Made by a program: the position numbers and the translations under genes. From a virus (lineage: Duplodnaviria; Caudoviricetes), in IMG/VR virus record IMGVR_UViG_3300036826_000291, positions 1 to 52,751 of that record: a stretch of DNA of 52,751 bases; one strand, given 5' to 3'. Shown here piece by piece: positions 1 through 9,671 of this stretch (positions are counted from its first letter, which is position 1; each line of letters begins with the position of its first letter). The notes under the pieces are model-generated. The model was not told the origin of the DNA. It saw only the letters and a list, made by a program, of their open reading frames with translations, and did no database searches.

Positions 1-50
1 GATCGACAAGTTCACCGGCGCGATCGACAGCATCAAGCAGCTGTGGGCGG
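1..50. repeat. 50-bp terminal direct repeat, identical to 52702-52751 (circular contig overlap)
   Basis: gatcgacaag...ctgtgggcgg is present at both ends, and joining the ends keeps the tape-measure reading frame open. Confidence 0.95.
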
Positions 51-577
51 ATGGCTGGAATTGGATTCAGCAGAAGGCCGACGCCGCACTCACCGCCGTT
101 GCCGGCTTCTTCAAGCCGGTGATCGACGCACTCGACAAAGCTTTGCAACTGGCCAAGCAATTTGCCGACGCGCTCGGCGGTGCCGGTGCGCCGGCGGGCG
201 CCGCATCGGTGACGGCGGCGGGTGGCGGGCATGTGCGCGGTCCCGGTTCCTCGACCAGCGATTCGATCTGGGCGCGGCTCTCCAACAATGAATACGTGCT
301 GCGCGCCGCCGCGGTGCGCAAATACGGCACCGGCTTCCTCGACGCGCTCAATCGCATGGCGGTGCCGCTCGCCGGCGGCGGTCTTGCATCGCCGGTGCCG
401 ATGCCGCGCCTCGCCATGGAGGGCACGTCTGCGCGCCGCGTCGCGGTCGACCTCTCGATCATGGGCGAGCACTTCAACGACCTGCTCGCGCCGGAAGACG
501 TGGCCGACAAGCTGGTGACGTTCGCCATCCGCCGGCAGACGCGCTCGACCGGCCGCCGCCCCGCATGGGTGCGCTGA
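1..577 (+). CDS. Tape measure protein, C-terminal part (continues from 50858 across the junction)
   Basis: The frame starting at base 2 (IDKFTGAIDSIKQLWADG...) is continuous with ORF 119..577. GGHVRGPGSSTSDSIWARLSNNEYV is a typical TMP C-terminal motif. Confidence 0.88.
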   Translation, partial: IDKFTGAIDSIKQLWADGWNWIQQKADAALTAVAGFFKPVIDALDKALQLAKQFADALGGAGAPAGAASVTAAGGGHVRGPGSSTSDSIWARLSNNEYVLRAAAVRKYGTGFLDALNRMAVPLAGGGLASPVPMPRLAMEGTSARRVAVDLSIMGEHFNDLLAPEDVADKLVTFAIRRQTRSTGRRPAWVR

Positions 578-578
578 C

Positions 579-1007
579 ATGGCCGACGAAACCCTGCTGG
601 TCATCACCGGCATGGGCGTGCCGCCCTATTCGGCGCGCGGCCTCAAGCAGATGCTTGCGCCGATCGACGCCGCGGTGGCGATCGAGCGCGACGTCAATGG
701 CGGGCTGCACGATTTGTCGTTCGCGCAATTCCGCAAGTATCACTCGACGATCAGCTGCACCGATCAGCAGGCGCCGGCGCTTGACGGCATCTGGCCCGGC
801 GACGTGGTGACGGTCGATTGCGTGGCGGAACTCTCGTTTCCGGTCGGCGGCTCACCGCAGCGCGCCGTGGTCCCTGGTTCGCAGCACGACGAAGCCGGCT
901 TCACCTTTTATCGGCCGCGGCTCACCATGCTGGTCACCGGCCACACCGTCGAGGCCGACGAATACGGCCACGAGACCGGCTGGCAGCTCGACCTAGAGGA
1001 ACAATAG
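579..1007 (+). CDS. Putative distal tail protein
   Basis: 142 aa, directly after the TMP, tightly coupled start. Function inferred from position. Confidence 0.6.
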   Translation: MADETLLVITGMGVPPYSARGLKQMLAPIDAAVAIERDVNGGLHDLSFAQFRKYHSTISCTDQQAPALDGIWPGDVVTVDCVAELSFPVGGSPQRAVVPGSQHDEAGFTFYRPRLTMLVTGHTVEADEYGHETGWQLDLEEQ

Positions 1008-1010
1008 GCC

Positions 1011-3002
1011 GTGCCACTTGGCCCGTTCTTTTTCGCGTGGACGGATGCGACCGAAACCACGTTTGCGCCGGCGCATGCGCGCGTTGACGAAACCATCTTC
1101 GCGTTCGAGCTGTCGCAAGAGGAAGGCGACTTCGCCTCGCTCAGGTTGGACGTGCGCAATCCGCGCGTCGGGCTGCTCGCGCCCGGCCGCAAGACCTGGG
1201 GCTGGTTCTCATGGGATCGCGCCTTCAATGCCGGCGGACCGGCCGACGTGGTGCCGCTGTTCTTTGGCCGCTTGATCGGCATCCCGACCAACGTGTTCGG
1301 CGAGATCGTCTCGCTCGAATTCATCGCCCGGCCGGCCGACTACGTGGCACGCAAGGCCACCGCCGCCGCGGCGCTGCGCGTATTGCCATGGTACGACCCG
1401 GTGTGGATCGCCGCCGACAAGCGCAGCGACGACGACACGGTGCTCGAGGCGCGCGCGGCGCTCTGGCATTGCGACCGCGTCACGCATGCGGTCACCGCAT
1501 CGAGCATCACCGCCGGCGAGGACGGCACCGAGAATTTTCCGGCGAGCGACCTGCTCAATCAGGGCCTCGACCTCAAGCTCAACAACGTGCCGCTGCGCTC
1601 GGTGCACGTCGACGGCAAGGTGTCGTGGGCGCAGACGGTGACGCGCGATCTCGATCTTTCCGCCTACATTCGCAGCCGATTCGCGGCGGTCACCGGCGAG
1701 CCGGTCATCACCTCGTTCACGTTCGACGGGCTGGTGCAGGGCTGGCCGCAGCCGGGCGCCGGCATCGGCGAGGGCTGGACCGTCACGGTCGGTAGCTGCG
1801 TGCTGACCGATAATCTGACTGTGCGCTCGTCATCCTACGACACCGGCAAGCCGTTAACCGGCAAAGACCCGTCAGCGACGGAGACCATCAACGGGCAGAT
1901 CAGCGGCAGCGACGACACCATGGCGATCCCGGCCGGCTCGGTCGCCTATATGCAGGTGCATACCGAGGGCAGCTACCACGAGAGCCGCGACGACGAAGGG
2001 CAATTGCAGTCGGTCAGTCAGACCGGGCAAGGGTCCGACGTGGTCGCGCCGCTCGGCCACCTCGCCGCGCAATTGCAGGTGCGCGCGCAGCCGAACAGCC
2101 GCCGGCAGACCGAACTTGTGAGCTTCGACCTCGCCGCCGAGGTGCAGCCGATCGTCACGCTGCCCGGCGAGGACGAACTTTTGTCAATTGCGGTTGACAG
2201 CGTCGACGTCGGCATCCCCATCGACGGCGAGATTCCGGTGGGGCAGCCGTGGCGGCGCAGCTACATCGCCACCGACCGCGGCCTGCGCTCGCTCGAATAT
2301 CTGATCCTCATGGCGCGGGCGCGGCTGCTGATGGCGGCGCGGGCGGTCGAAATCTCCGAAGCAGTCCCGTTCGCGCGGCTGCCGGATTTGAGCCTGCGCA
2401 AGTCGGCGACCGTCAACGATCCGCGGCTGCCGGCGGGCAGCGCCACCGGCAAGCTGATCGCCTATCGGGCGGCGCTCGACGGCAACACCGGCAAGGCCAC
2501 CTGCTCGGTGACGCTCGGCTGCAGCATCGGCCAGGGCGGCGCCATCAATCCGGTCGCGGGCAATCCGGTCTGGGCCGAGGCCGCCTATGTGGGCGCCGAC
2601 TATCAGGTGTTCGCCGGCGGCACCAATATCGTCGTCGGCGACGTCGGCTACACGCCGCCGGTGCCGGCGCCGAACGATGACGGCTTGAATTTCGACGCGG
2701 ACCTGACGCCGACCAATGCGCTCGAAACCCCGTTGACCATCAGCAATCCGCCGAACATGCAGCGCGCCCTGCTGATCGAGGTGGCGGAATCGACCGGCCT
2801 TGCCGCCGCCGCGAGCCCCGGCAACGGCAATCAGCCGATCGTCGACGCGGCGGTGGCGCAGATGACCGGGACGCTTAGCGCCAACCCGACCGCGATCCGC
2901 TTCGGCTTGAAGCCGCTCAATCGCGAGTTCACTACCGAATATCCGATCGCGGTGAGCATGCTAAAGATTCCGCAAACCATCGACCTGCAGTATTCGCCCT
3001 GA
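1011..3002 (+). CDS. Tail tip/hub protein
   Basis: 663-aa ORF in the tail operon; assigned from position and size. Confidence 0.6.
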   Translation: MPLGPFFFAWTDATETTFAPAHARVDETIFAFELSQEEGDFASLRLDVRNPRVGLLAPGRKTWGWFSWDRAFNAGGPADVVPLFFGRLIGIPTNVFGEIVSLEFIARPADYVARKATAAAALRVLPWYDPVWIAADKRSDDDTVLEARAALWHCDRVTHAVTASSITAGEDGTENFPASDLLNQGLDLKLNNVPLRSVHVDGKVSWAQTVTRDLDLSAYIRSRFAAVTGEPVITSFTFDGLVQGWPQPGAGIGEGWTVTVGSCVLTDNLTVRSSSYDTGKPLTGKDPSATETINGQISGSDDTMAIPAGSVAYMQVHTEGSYHESRDDEGQLQSVSQTGQGSDVVAPLGHLAAQLQVRAQPNSRRQTELVSFDLAAEVQPIVTLPGEDELLSIAVDSVDVGIPIDGEIPVGQPWRRSYIATDRGLRSLEYLILMARARLLMAARAVEISEAVPFARLPDLSLRKSATVNDPRLPAGSATGKLIAYRAALDGNTGKATCSVTLGCSIGQGGAINPVAGNPVWAEAAYVGADYQVFAGGTNIVVGDVGYTPPVPAPNDDGLNFDADLTPTNALETPLTISNPPNMQRALLIEVAESTGLAAAASPGNGNQPIVDAAVAQMTGTLSANPTAIRFGLKPLNREFTTEYPIAVSMLKIPQTIDLQYSP

Positions 3003-3394
3003 TGCCGAATCTCGAAACCGTCGTCCGCCCGGCGCAGACGCCTTCGGTCCGCCCGCCGCCGGTTGCGGCAAGCAACACCGCCGCGCCGCCGGCTGCCGAC
3101 GACAATTTGACGGAGATCGGCGGCGGCCAGGGGCAGGTGACCGAATTGCGTCACAGCATCTCGACGCAGATCACCTACTATTTCAAGCAGAAGGAAACGC
3201 GCCGCACCGTCGACGTGGTGCGCGTCAAGAACAAGGACAATAAAGAACAATATATCGACGTCGAGGTGACCAAGGAATTGCAGTTGCGCAACCAGCTGAC
3301 CAATGCGGACTCCAAGCTGCAATTGCGCCCGCCTGACCTCGACGCAAACATGGAAGTCATCAAGAAAAACCTGGTCAAGGAATTCGGCAAGTGA
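3002..3394 (+). CDS. Hypothetical tail-tip protein
   Basis: Start overlaps the upstream stop (TGATG); 130 aa. Confidence 0.55.
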   Translation: MPNLETVVRPAQTPSVRPPPVAASNTAAPPAADDNLTEIGGGQGQVTELRHSISTQITYYFKQKETRRTVDVVRVKNKDNKEQYIDVEVTKELQLRNQLTNADSKLQLRPPDLDANMEVIKKNLVKEFGK

Positions 3395-4164
3395 GCGACG
3401 GCATCATCTTTGTCACCGACGACGCGGGCAAGTGGGGCACCGGCAAGGGCGCGCCGCTGATCGCCGCCGAGGCGGACGGCAATTTCTGGGAACTGCTCTC
3501 GCGCGTCGACACGCTGGAAACGGGATCGTTGCAGCCGGTGTCGATCGACCACATCACCGGCGACAACGGCGCGATCACCATCTTTCTCACCGATGGCTCG
3601 CAGCAGGGGCCGTTCCCGATGCCGGTGCCGCCGCTCATCTTCCGCGGCGAGTGGCAGAACTCGACCAGCTATGCGGCGTTCAACATGGTGCGCGTCACCG
3701 GCCGCGGCGTCTATCTCGTCTTGCAATCGCACACCACGCCGGCGCCGCCGGCGCCGTTCGATCCGGCCGCCAGCGGTCCCGATGGGCCGCTGTATATGTT
3801 CATGGTGCCGTCGCCCACCTATGACGTGGCGGTGTTCGTGCCCGGACCGCCGGGCTTCGGGCTGGCCGCCGGCGATCCGATGTTCGCGCATGCAGCAGCG
3901 CGGCCGTTCACGCTTCCGGCGAACCTGTCGGAATCGCACGGCTTCCTCTCGATCGCGCCGGCCGCCGATCTTTCAGTCGATCTCGCGCACAACGGCACCG
4001 TCGTCGGCGGCATCGCGTTCCCTGCCGGCGTGCAGGACGCGAGCTTTTTTCTCGACACGGACACCAAATTCAAGGCCGGCGATCTGTTGACCATCGCGCC
4101 GCCGCCGGCACTCGACAGCGCCGCGCGCAACTTGGCGCTGACGCTCGCCGGCCGGCCGGAATGA
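3391..4164 (+). CDS. Tail fibre/receptor-binding-related protein
   Basis: N-terminal GKGAPLIAAEADGNF resembles a fibre-attachment motif; FRGEWQNSTSYAAFNMV resembles a carbohydrate-binding motif. Confidence 0.55.
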   Translation: MSDGIIFVTDDAGKWGTGKGAPLIAAEADGNFWELLSRVDTLETGSLQPVSIDHITGDNGAITIFLTDGSQQGPFPMPVPPLIFRGEWQNSTSYAAFNMVRVTGRGVYLVLQSHTTPAPPAPFDPAASGPDGPLYMFMVPSPTYDVAVFVPGPPGFGLAAGDPMFAHAAARPFTLPANLSESHGFLSIAPAADLSVDLAHNGTVVGGIAFPAGVQDASFFLDTDTKFKAGDLLTIAPPPALDSAARNLALTLAGRPE

Positions 4165-4168
4165 GCGC

Positions 4169-4756
4169 ATGGCGCTCTCGCTCGGGCCGTTCGACCGCAT
4201 CGTCGGTATCAAGTGGGGCTCACCTTTTGCAGTGCTGAGGTTTAATACCGCTTGGTGGCTCAAAACGCCGGGAAACCCAAGCAATCCCGAGGTCGCCGTC
4301 GATGGCATATCGTTCGCGATATTCGACAACATCGAAATTCTGACGCCAAGCAATGTGATGTCGATCAAAAGCCATCCGCCCGTTCAGCGCGTAACGCCCC
4401 CGCCGCCCGACGCAACAATGTATTCAGTCGGGAACGGTGCGCTCGTGATGCTGAACCTGTCAACGTTGACTACGCAGGGCAGCGGGCAGGTAACGGTCGC
4501 GTTTTGGACCGGCGCAAGTACTTTGATACGGGAGAACGAGTTTGTTGAAATTGATTATCTGTGGGACACAGTTCTGCAGACGTACAAGGTGGGCGGTTTC
4601 GATAAATTCCCGGTGGACAGCGAAAACCGGCCGTCCGGCGAGTGGCCGGAACGGACTGCGATCAAGGGATTCATAAGTTCGGACGACAAAGACCATCCGT
4701 CGCCGAACACGCACGTCACCTACACCGTCGACCTCGCGACGCTCGAAATCACATAG
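4169..4756 (+). CDS. Hypothetical virion protein, visibly AT-richer than its neighbours
   Basis: 195-aa ORF in the operon; composition shifts after the first ~17 codons. Confidence 0.6.
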   Translation: MALSLGPFDRIVGIKWGSPFAVLRFNTAWWLKTPGNPSNPEVAVDGISFAIFDNIEILTPSNVMSIKSHPPVQRVTPPPPDATMYSVGNGALVMLNLSTLTTQGSGQVTVAFWTGASTLIRENEFVEIDYLWDTVLQTYKVGGFDKFPVDSENRPSGEWPERTAIKGFISSDDKDHPSPNTHVTYTVDLATLEIT

Positions 4757-4769
4757 GAAAGTCCGCGCC

Positions 4770-4970
4770 ATGATCGCATTCCTCGTCTTCGCGCTGCTGG
4801 TGGTGCTGTTCACCGTGGTGCTGATCTACGTGCTCGATCTGCTGATCGGCATGGCGCCGGGCGCGCCGGCCAATCTGCGCACAATCGTGCGCATCATTCT
4901 GGTGCTGATCGCGCTCTTGGTGATCCTCTCGCGCGCGCTGCCGCTGCTCGGCGTCGCGACCGTCTGGTAG
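4770..4970 (+). CDS. Small two-TM membrane protein
   Basis: 66 aa with two hydrophobic stretches; AGGA upstream. Confidence 0.7.
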   Translation: MIAFLVFALLVVLFTVVLIYVLDLLIGMAPGAPANLRTIVRIILVLIALLVILSRALPLLGVATVW

Positions 4971-4977
4971 CCGCCGC

Positions 4978-5970
4978 ATGGCCTTCATCCATATCGACGG
5001 CTTCGACTACTACACCGGCATCACCACCGGTGCCGCGCCGCTCAGCCAGCGATACACGACCGGCACCAACGAGTCGCTCGTTGCCGGTCGCTTCGGCGGC
5101 CTGGCGCTGCGCCAGGGGCAAGGCGTGTTGCGCAAGTCGCTGCCGGCGGCGAGCGCCACCTTGACGGTCGGCGCCGCGATCAATCCGATGGCGCTGCCGT
5201 CCTCGGCGCAGGGGCAATTCATTTTCCGCACCGCCGGTACGCAGGTGCTGCAGATCGGCATCGGCAGCGACGGGCGCGTGCTCGCCGGCCGCGGCGACTT
5301 CACAACGCAACTGATCGCGCAGTCGGCGGCCGGCGTCATCGTCGCCGGCGTCTTTAGCTATCTGGAAATCGTGCTGACGCGCAACGCATCCGCCGGCGCG
5401 GTCGAGGTCTTCTGCAACGGCGCGTCGGTGCTGGCGGCGAGTGCGGCCAACACCGGCGCGACCGACCCGGACCAGCTCGACTTCGGCAACGGCTTCGGCG
5501 CGCAGCCGACCGTCGACCTCGACGACTTCTACATCGCCAATACCGCCGCGCGCGTCGGCGAACGCCGGGTCGAGACGCTCTCCCCGAACGGCGACTCGCA
5601 AAAGAACTGGACGCCGCTCACGGGGACCGACAACTACGCCATGGTGACCAGCTTCGACGGCGACACCTCCTACGTGTCCGCCGCCGCCGCCGGCACGCTC
5701 GACCTTTACGACTTCGCCAATCTTTCAAGCCTGCCGGCGAACGTCTCGGCGGTGCAGACCATCATGTCGGCGCGCAAGGACGACGCGACCACCCGCACCG
5801 TGCGCGCTCGCGTTCGTTCCGGCGGCGCCAACGCCAACGGCGCGACGGTGGGCATGGTCACCGCCTACGGGCTGACGGCAGACATTTTCGCGGTCGATCC
5901 GAACACCTCGGCGGCGTGGCTCGCCGCCGCCGTCAATGCTATCAAGGCCGGCCCGGAGGTGGTGAGCTGA
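4978..5970 (+). CDS. Virion structural protein (probable beta-sandwich/lectin-like)
   Basis: MAFIHIDGFDYY start and LDDFYI motif typical of alphaproteobacterial phage tail-associated proteins. Confidence 0.6.
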   Translation: MAFIHIDGFDYYTGITTGAAPLSQRYTTGTNESLVAGRFGGLALRQGQGVLRKSLPAASATLTVGAAINPMALPSSAQGQFIFRTAGTQVLQIGIGSDGRVLAGRGDFTTQLIAQSAAGVIVAGVFSYLEIVLTRNASAGAVEVFCNGASVLAASAANTGATDPDQLDFGNGFGAQPTVDLDDFYIANTAARVGERRVETLSPNGDSQKNWTPLTGTDNYAMVTSFDGDTSYVSAAAAGTLDLYDFANLSSLPANVSAVQTIMSARKDDATTRTVRARVRSGGANANGATVGMVTAYGLTADIFAVDPNTSAAWLAAAVNAIKAGPEVVS

Positions 5971-5973
5971 TCC

Positions 5974-6327
5974 ATGGCGCAAAATCTGCTAAGCGCCATT
6001 GCGGTCGAGGTGCTGCACGACGGCGCCGCAACGCCGCGCGTCTCGGCGATGCGCATCGAGGTTTTGCGCTCGATCGAGGTCGAGGCGCCGCCGCCGCTCG
6101 CGCCGCTCTACCTGCAGAACAAGCAGCGGTCCTTTGAACCGAAGCTGCATCGGCTCGACCGGCTGATCCTCACCGGCTTCGACAACGCCAATTCGTTCGG
6201 CGCGCCGATCCTGTTGCTAGGCCATCAGCTGCGGCCGGCGGCGGTCGAGAACGCGAACAGCTTCGGCGCGCAGGACATCAATCGGCCGCTGCCGCGTTAC
6301 GTCAACGCCGCGATCATCACGGGATGA
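5974..6327 (+). CDS. Hypothetical virion protein
   Basis: In operon; internal NANSFGA duplication. Confidence 0.55.
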   Translation: MAQNLLSAIAVEVLHDGAATPRVSAMRIEVLRSIEVEAPPPLAPLYLQNKQRSFEPKLHRLDRLILTGFDNANSFGAPILLLGHQLRPAAVENANSFGAQDINRPLPRYVNAAIITG

Positions 6328-6333
6328 ACCTCA

Positions 6334-6744
6334 ATGGCGAACGCACTCTATCCAAAGACCAAGGCCAAGTTGATGCGCGCCCTCATCGACCTCGAAGCCG
6401 TGACGATCAAGGCGGTGTTGGTCGATCTCGCAGGCTACACTTATCTTGCCGCGCATGAATTCCTGCAGCCGGACGTTCCGGGGGCTGCCCGCATCGCGAC
6501 CTCGGCGGCGCTCACCGGCGGAGCGGTCAACGCGGAACTCGCGCGTTTTGATTCCGATGACGTGCCGTTTCTCGCGGTCAACGGCCCGCAGATCAAAGCC
6601 ATCATCCTCTACATCGACACCGGCGCGGCCACGACCTCGCCGCTCCTGATGTATCAGGACACCGGCATCGTCGGCGTGCCGTTCACGCCAAGCGGCAACG
6701 ACGTGCAGATCGTGGTCGACGCAAACGGCTGGTTCGGGTTGTGA
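6334..6744 (+). CDS. Virion structural protein (MANALY... type)
   Basis: N-terminal MANALYPKTK and C-terminal PFTPSGNDVQIV..GWF motifs, common in phage tail-region genes. Confidence 0.65.
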   Translation: MANALYPKTKAKLMRALIDLEAVTIKAVLVDLAGYTYLAAHEFLQPDVPGAARIATSAALTGGAVNAELARFDSDDVPFLAVNGPQIKAIILYIDTGAATTSPLLMYQDTGIVGVPFTPSGNDVQIVVDANGWFGL

Positions 6745-6983
6745 TGGACCCGGACCCGCGACCGCGGCCGACCTCGACGGTGGCCGCCGCCGGCCAGGCG
6801 GCGAGCGATGTCGTCGCCGGCTTGCAGAAAAACCCGATGCTGCTTGCATTGGTGGTGCTCAACATCATCGGCATCGGCGCCGGCGTGTGGGTGCTCAAGG
6901 GCTTGACCGACATCAGCAACAGGCGGTTCGCAGAAATGATGACGATCACCAAGGAGTGCTTCGAGCACGTCAAAGCGCACTAA
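6741..6983 (+). CDS. Putative holin-like membrane protein
   Basis: One TM helix (PMLLALVVLNIIGIGAGVWVL), immediately before the endolysin. Confidence 0.5.
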   Translation: MMDPDPRPRPTSTVAAAGQAASDVVAGLQKNPMLLALVVLNIIGIGAGVWVLKGLTDISNRRFAEMMTITKECFEHVKAH

Positions 6984-7008
6984 AACGAGTCCTCCCGTGA
7001 ACTTGGAA

Positions 7009-7037
7009 ACCCCGCCATTCCGGCGGGGTCTTTTTTT
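7009..7037 (+). terminator. Rho-independent terminator
   Basis: ACCCCGCC-ATTCC-GGCGGGGT stem-loop followed by C and T7. Confidence 0.8.
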
Positions 7038-7050
7038 ATGGAGCCGACCA

Positions 7051-7755
7051 ATGATCAAGCCCGCGGTCATCGACCTCTCGCACCACAACGTCATTCCGCA
7101 AAGCCTAAAGCCGGCGGCGGCGGCCGGGATTCTCGGCGTCATCCACAAGGCGACGGAGGCCACCGACTACCTCGACCCGAAACTTGACGCGCGCGCCGCG
7201 CTCGCGCGCGATGCCGGGCTTTTGTTCGGCGTCTATCACTTCCTGCGGCCGGGCGACATGGATGCGCAGGCGGAACACTTTCTCGACAGCATCGGCCACC
7301 TGCTCGACGACAAGCTCCTGCTGTGCGCCGACCACGAAGATTCCGGCGTGTCGCTTGACGAGCTTGCGGCATTCCTCGCCACCATCAAGGAGCAGACCGG
7401 GCACGACCCGGTGCTTTATTCCGGCCATCTGCTCAAGGAGCAGATCGGCGAGGATGACGACAACGAGTTCACCAAGTACCGGCTCTGGCTGGCGCAATAC
7501 ACCGACGACGTGCCGACCCTGCCGGCCGGCTTTGCCGACTGGTGGCTATGGCAATACACCGACGCCGGCGAGGTGCCCGGCATCGTTCCGCCGGTCGACC
7601 TCAACGCCTATGCGAGAACGGCGGTGCAATTGCGCGACGAATGGTCCGGCTTCAAGCCGGCGCCGGCCGACCGGCTGGTGCGCATCGCCATCGAGACGCC
7701 GCCCGACGTCGGCGTGGTGCTGATGATCAACGGCGAGGTGATCGAAATATCCTAG
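7051..7755 (+). CDS. Endolysin, GH25 muramidase
   Basis: IDLSHHN, HKATE, GVYHF, ADHED, LWLAQY, LWQYT and VDLN motifs; GGAG RBS before ATG 7051. Confidence 0.92.
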   Translation: MIKPAVIDLSHHNVIPQSLKPAAAAGILGVIHKATEATDYLDPKLDARAALARDAGLLFGVYHFLRPGDMDAQAEHFLDSIGHLLDDKLLLCADHEDSGVSLDELAAFLATIKEQTGHDPVLYSGHLLKEQIGEDDDNEFTKYRLWLAQYTDDVPTLPAGFADWWLWQYTDAGEVPGIVPPVDLNAYARTAVQLRDEWSGFKPAPADRLVRIAIETPPDVGVVLMINGEVIEIS

Positions 7756-7946
7756 CGGAACCACCGCTCGACACAGGCATCGCAGAACTGTGCCGCAAAG
7801 CCCTTGCGGGTCCAGAGGATCAGCGGGCAATCGTCCTCGCCGATGCCGGCCGAGCAATAGGAGCAGAGCGCCGAACGCGGCGAATCCGGGCGGCCCCATG
7901 CGACGTGATGCCAATCGAAGCCCGGCTTGGGCGTCAGCGTTGCCAC
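7752..7946 (-). CDS. Small Zn-finger hypothetical protein
   Basis: CSYC...CDAC; GTG start with GGAG upstream. Confidence 0.55.
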   Translation of the reverse strand: MATLTPKPGFDWHHVAWGRPDSPRSALCSYCSAGIGEDDCPLILWTRKGFAAQFCDACVERWFR

Positions 7947-7953
7947 CGGCTTT

Positions 7954-8553
7954 TTATCTCCGCGGCGTGCGAATGATGCGATCCGGCGCCACCTCCACCG
8001 GGCGCGTTGACAGTTCAGCGCGGGCGATGCGCATGCCTTCGGCATCGGTGAGCCGTGCACCGTGCCGCCAGAACTCAACGCGCAGGAACGGCCGCGCCGG
8101 GACGATGACGTTGCTCGGCAGCATGGCGGCATCGCGCGCGAGCGCGCAGACGAACAGCAGCGGCCGGTCGGGCATCGCCGTGCGCTCGACAAGGCCGATC
8201 GGATCATCGGCGGAAAGCGTGCGATCGCTGATCAGCCCGCGATAGCTCGCGAGCGCAAGATAGGGGCACACCTGCAAACTGTAGCGCGCGCATTCAATGT
8301 GCATCGGCGGGTCGAGATAGGCGCCGCGCTCGTGAAATGCGGAGAACGGGCCGCCAACAAACCATAAACGACTCGGAAAAAGCCGCTCGCCGCAAATCGA
8401 GCATCGCTTGTCAAGCACGCATTGCAGCCGCCGGTGCTCGTCATTGATGGTGAAATGCGCGCGGCCGGCGGCATCGCGATAGACCGTCCAGGGGATCGGA
8501 TAGCCGCGCGGATCGCGCGGCAGGTGCGCCATGCGCTCGGGAGGCTCGATCAC
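7954..8553 (-). CDS. Conserved phage hypothetical protein (Cys/His motifs)
   Basis: RGYPIPW, CSICG and DPPMHIECARYSLQVCPYL motifs. Confidence 0.7.
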   Translation of the reverse strand: MIEPPERMAHLPRDPRGYPIPWTVYRDAAGRAHFTINDEHRRLQCVLDKRCSICGERLFPSRLWFVGGPFSAFHERGAYLDPPMHIECARYSLQVCPYLALASYRGLISDRTLSADDPIGLVERTAMPDRPLLFVCALARDAAMLPSNVIVPARPFLRVEFWRHGARLTDAEGMRIARAELSTRPVEVAPDRIIRTPRR

Positions 8554-8759
8554 AGCTTGCCCTTGGCGAGATCGCCGCGAATCTGCGCGGCGATGCTCTC
8601 CAACAACTCGGGAAGCCCCAAAGTCTCGTTCAAGCCGGCCTGCATCGAAAAGCCGCTGCCGCGCTCGCCGTTGAGGACGATGACGATTGCAGCTTGCGCC
8701 TTCGCTTTCTCTCGAACATGGGTGCAAAGGTCGTCATACTTGCCGGGTCCGAGTGCCAT
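8550..8759 (-). CDS. Hypothetical protein
   Basis: MALGPGKYDDLCT...; coupled to neighbours; AGGAG RBS. Confidence 0.65.
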   Translation of the reverse strand: MALGPGKYDDLCTHVREKAKAQAAIVIVLNGERGSGFSMQAGLNETLGLPELLESIAAQIRGDLAKGKL

Positions 8760-8977
8760 CACATCTCCTGTTCGTCGCATGTCTCATAGGCGTCGGGCAG
8801 CGGCACGATTTCGGGCAGGCCGTTGGCGCGGCGCCTGGGATTGACGCGCTGCACGCAGGCGAGACAGATGGGTTGCCGCTCGCCGCCGATGGTGATCGAG
8901 GGCACGCGCAGCGGATTGAAGCTGAATATCTTGCCGCAGCCGATGCACGGCGCCATGGCGAAAGCGTAGCCCATCAT
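8759..8977 (-). CDS. Small Zn-finger protein
   Basis: CIGC...FSFNP...CLAC; GGAG RBS. Confidence 0.65.
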   Translation of the reverse strand: MMGYAFAMAPCIGCGKIFSFNPLRVPSITIGGERQPICLACVQRVNPRRRANGLPEIVPLPDAYETCDEQEM

Positions 8978-8987
8978 GGTTCTCCGT

Positions 8988-9629
8988 TTATGCCGCGTCC
9001 CGCCACCGGCCGAAGCGCGCGACCAGATGCGCAACGACGGCGGCGCGGCGCCGCGGTTCAGCGTCGCCATCCGGCGGATGACGATTGGCAGGATGATCGA
9101 GCCACGACACCGCGAATTCAAAATCCTCGTCCTGCATGCGAATGCCGGCAATCGAGCGCAGGCCATAGAGTTCGGCTTCACCCGCGGGCCGCTCGTAAGG
9201 TATCGCGACCATCGGCGGCAGCATTGGCCATTGCGGGCGGATCGAGGGGTAAAGCGTGGTGTCGATCAGCAGCGAGCACGACGGGATAAGCACGACCATG
9301 TGGCCGTTCCAGCGGCCCGGCTCTTTGCGGATGCGCTTGTCGGGGGCACCGATGCCGAGGCTATGCACGATCGCCGGGCCGCGCCGCGCGATCATGACCA
9401 CGCAGACCTCGCGCACCCGCGCCGGAATGTCGATGGCGCGCAGGAAATCGCGCACCGTCAACGAGCAAAGGACGCACGACTCTTTCGACTTGTCGCCATG
9501 CTCGATCAATGGCTGCCGCCCGAACGCGGGGTGCAGCTCGGCCGCCATGACGGCGAGCGCCTTCATCACCTTGCCCGGCAGGTGCGGCGCCAGCACCTCA
9601 AGATCGCCGAGCCGCAACGGTTCAGTCAT
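8988..9629 (-). CDS. Hypothetical protein
   Basis: Long ORF in the leftward operon. Confidence 0.6.
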   Translation of the reverse strand: MTEPLRLGDLEVLAPHLPGKVMKALAVMAAELHPAFGRQPLIEHGDKSKESCVLCSLTVRDFLRAIDIPARVREVCVVMIARRGPAIVHSLGIGAPDKRIRKEPGRWNGHMVVLIPSCSLLIDTTLYPSIRPQWPMLPPMVAIPYERPAGEAELYGLRSIAGIRMQDEDFEFAVSWLDHPANRHPPDGDAEPRRRAAVVAHLVARFGRWRDAA

Positions 9630-9671
9630 TGCTTGCCTTCTCGTCGGGCCACAGGCCAAAGAGGCCGGCAA

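Noticed and set aside
3391-6327. Diversity-generating retroelement acting on tail genes
   Set aside because: No reverse transcriptase and no adenine-variant TR/VR repeat pair were seen.
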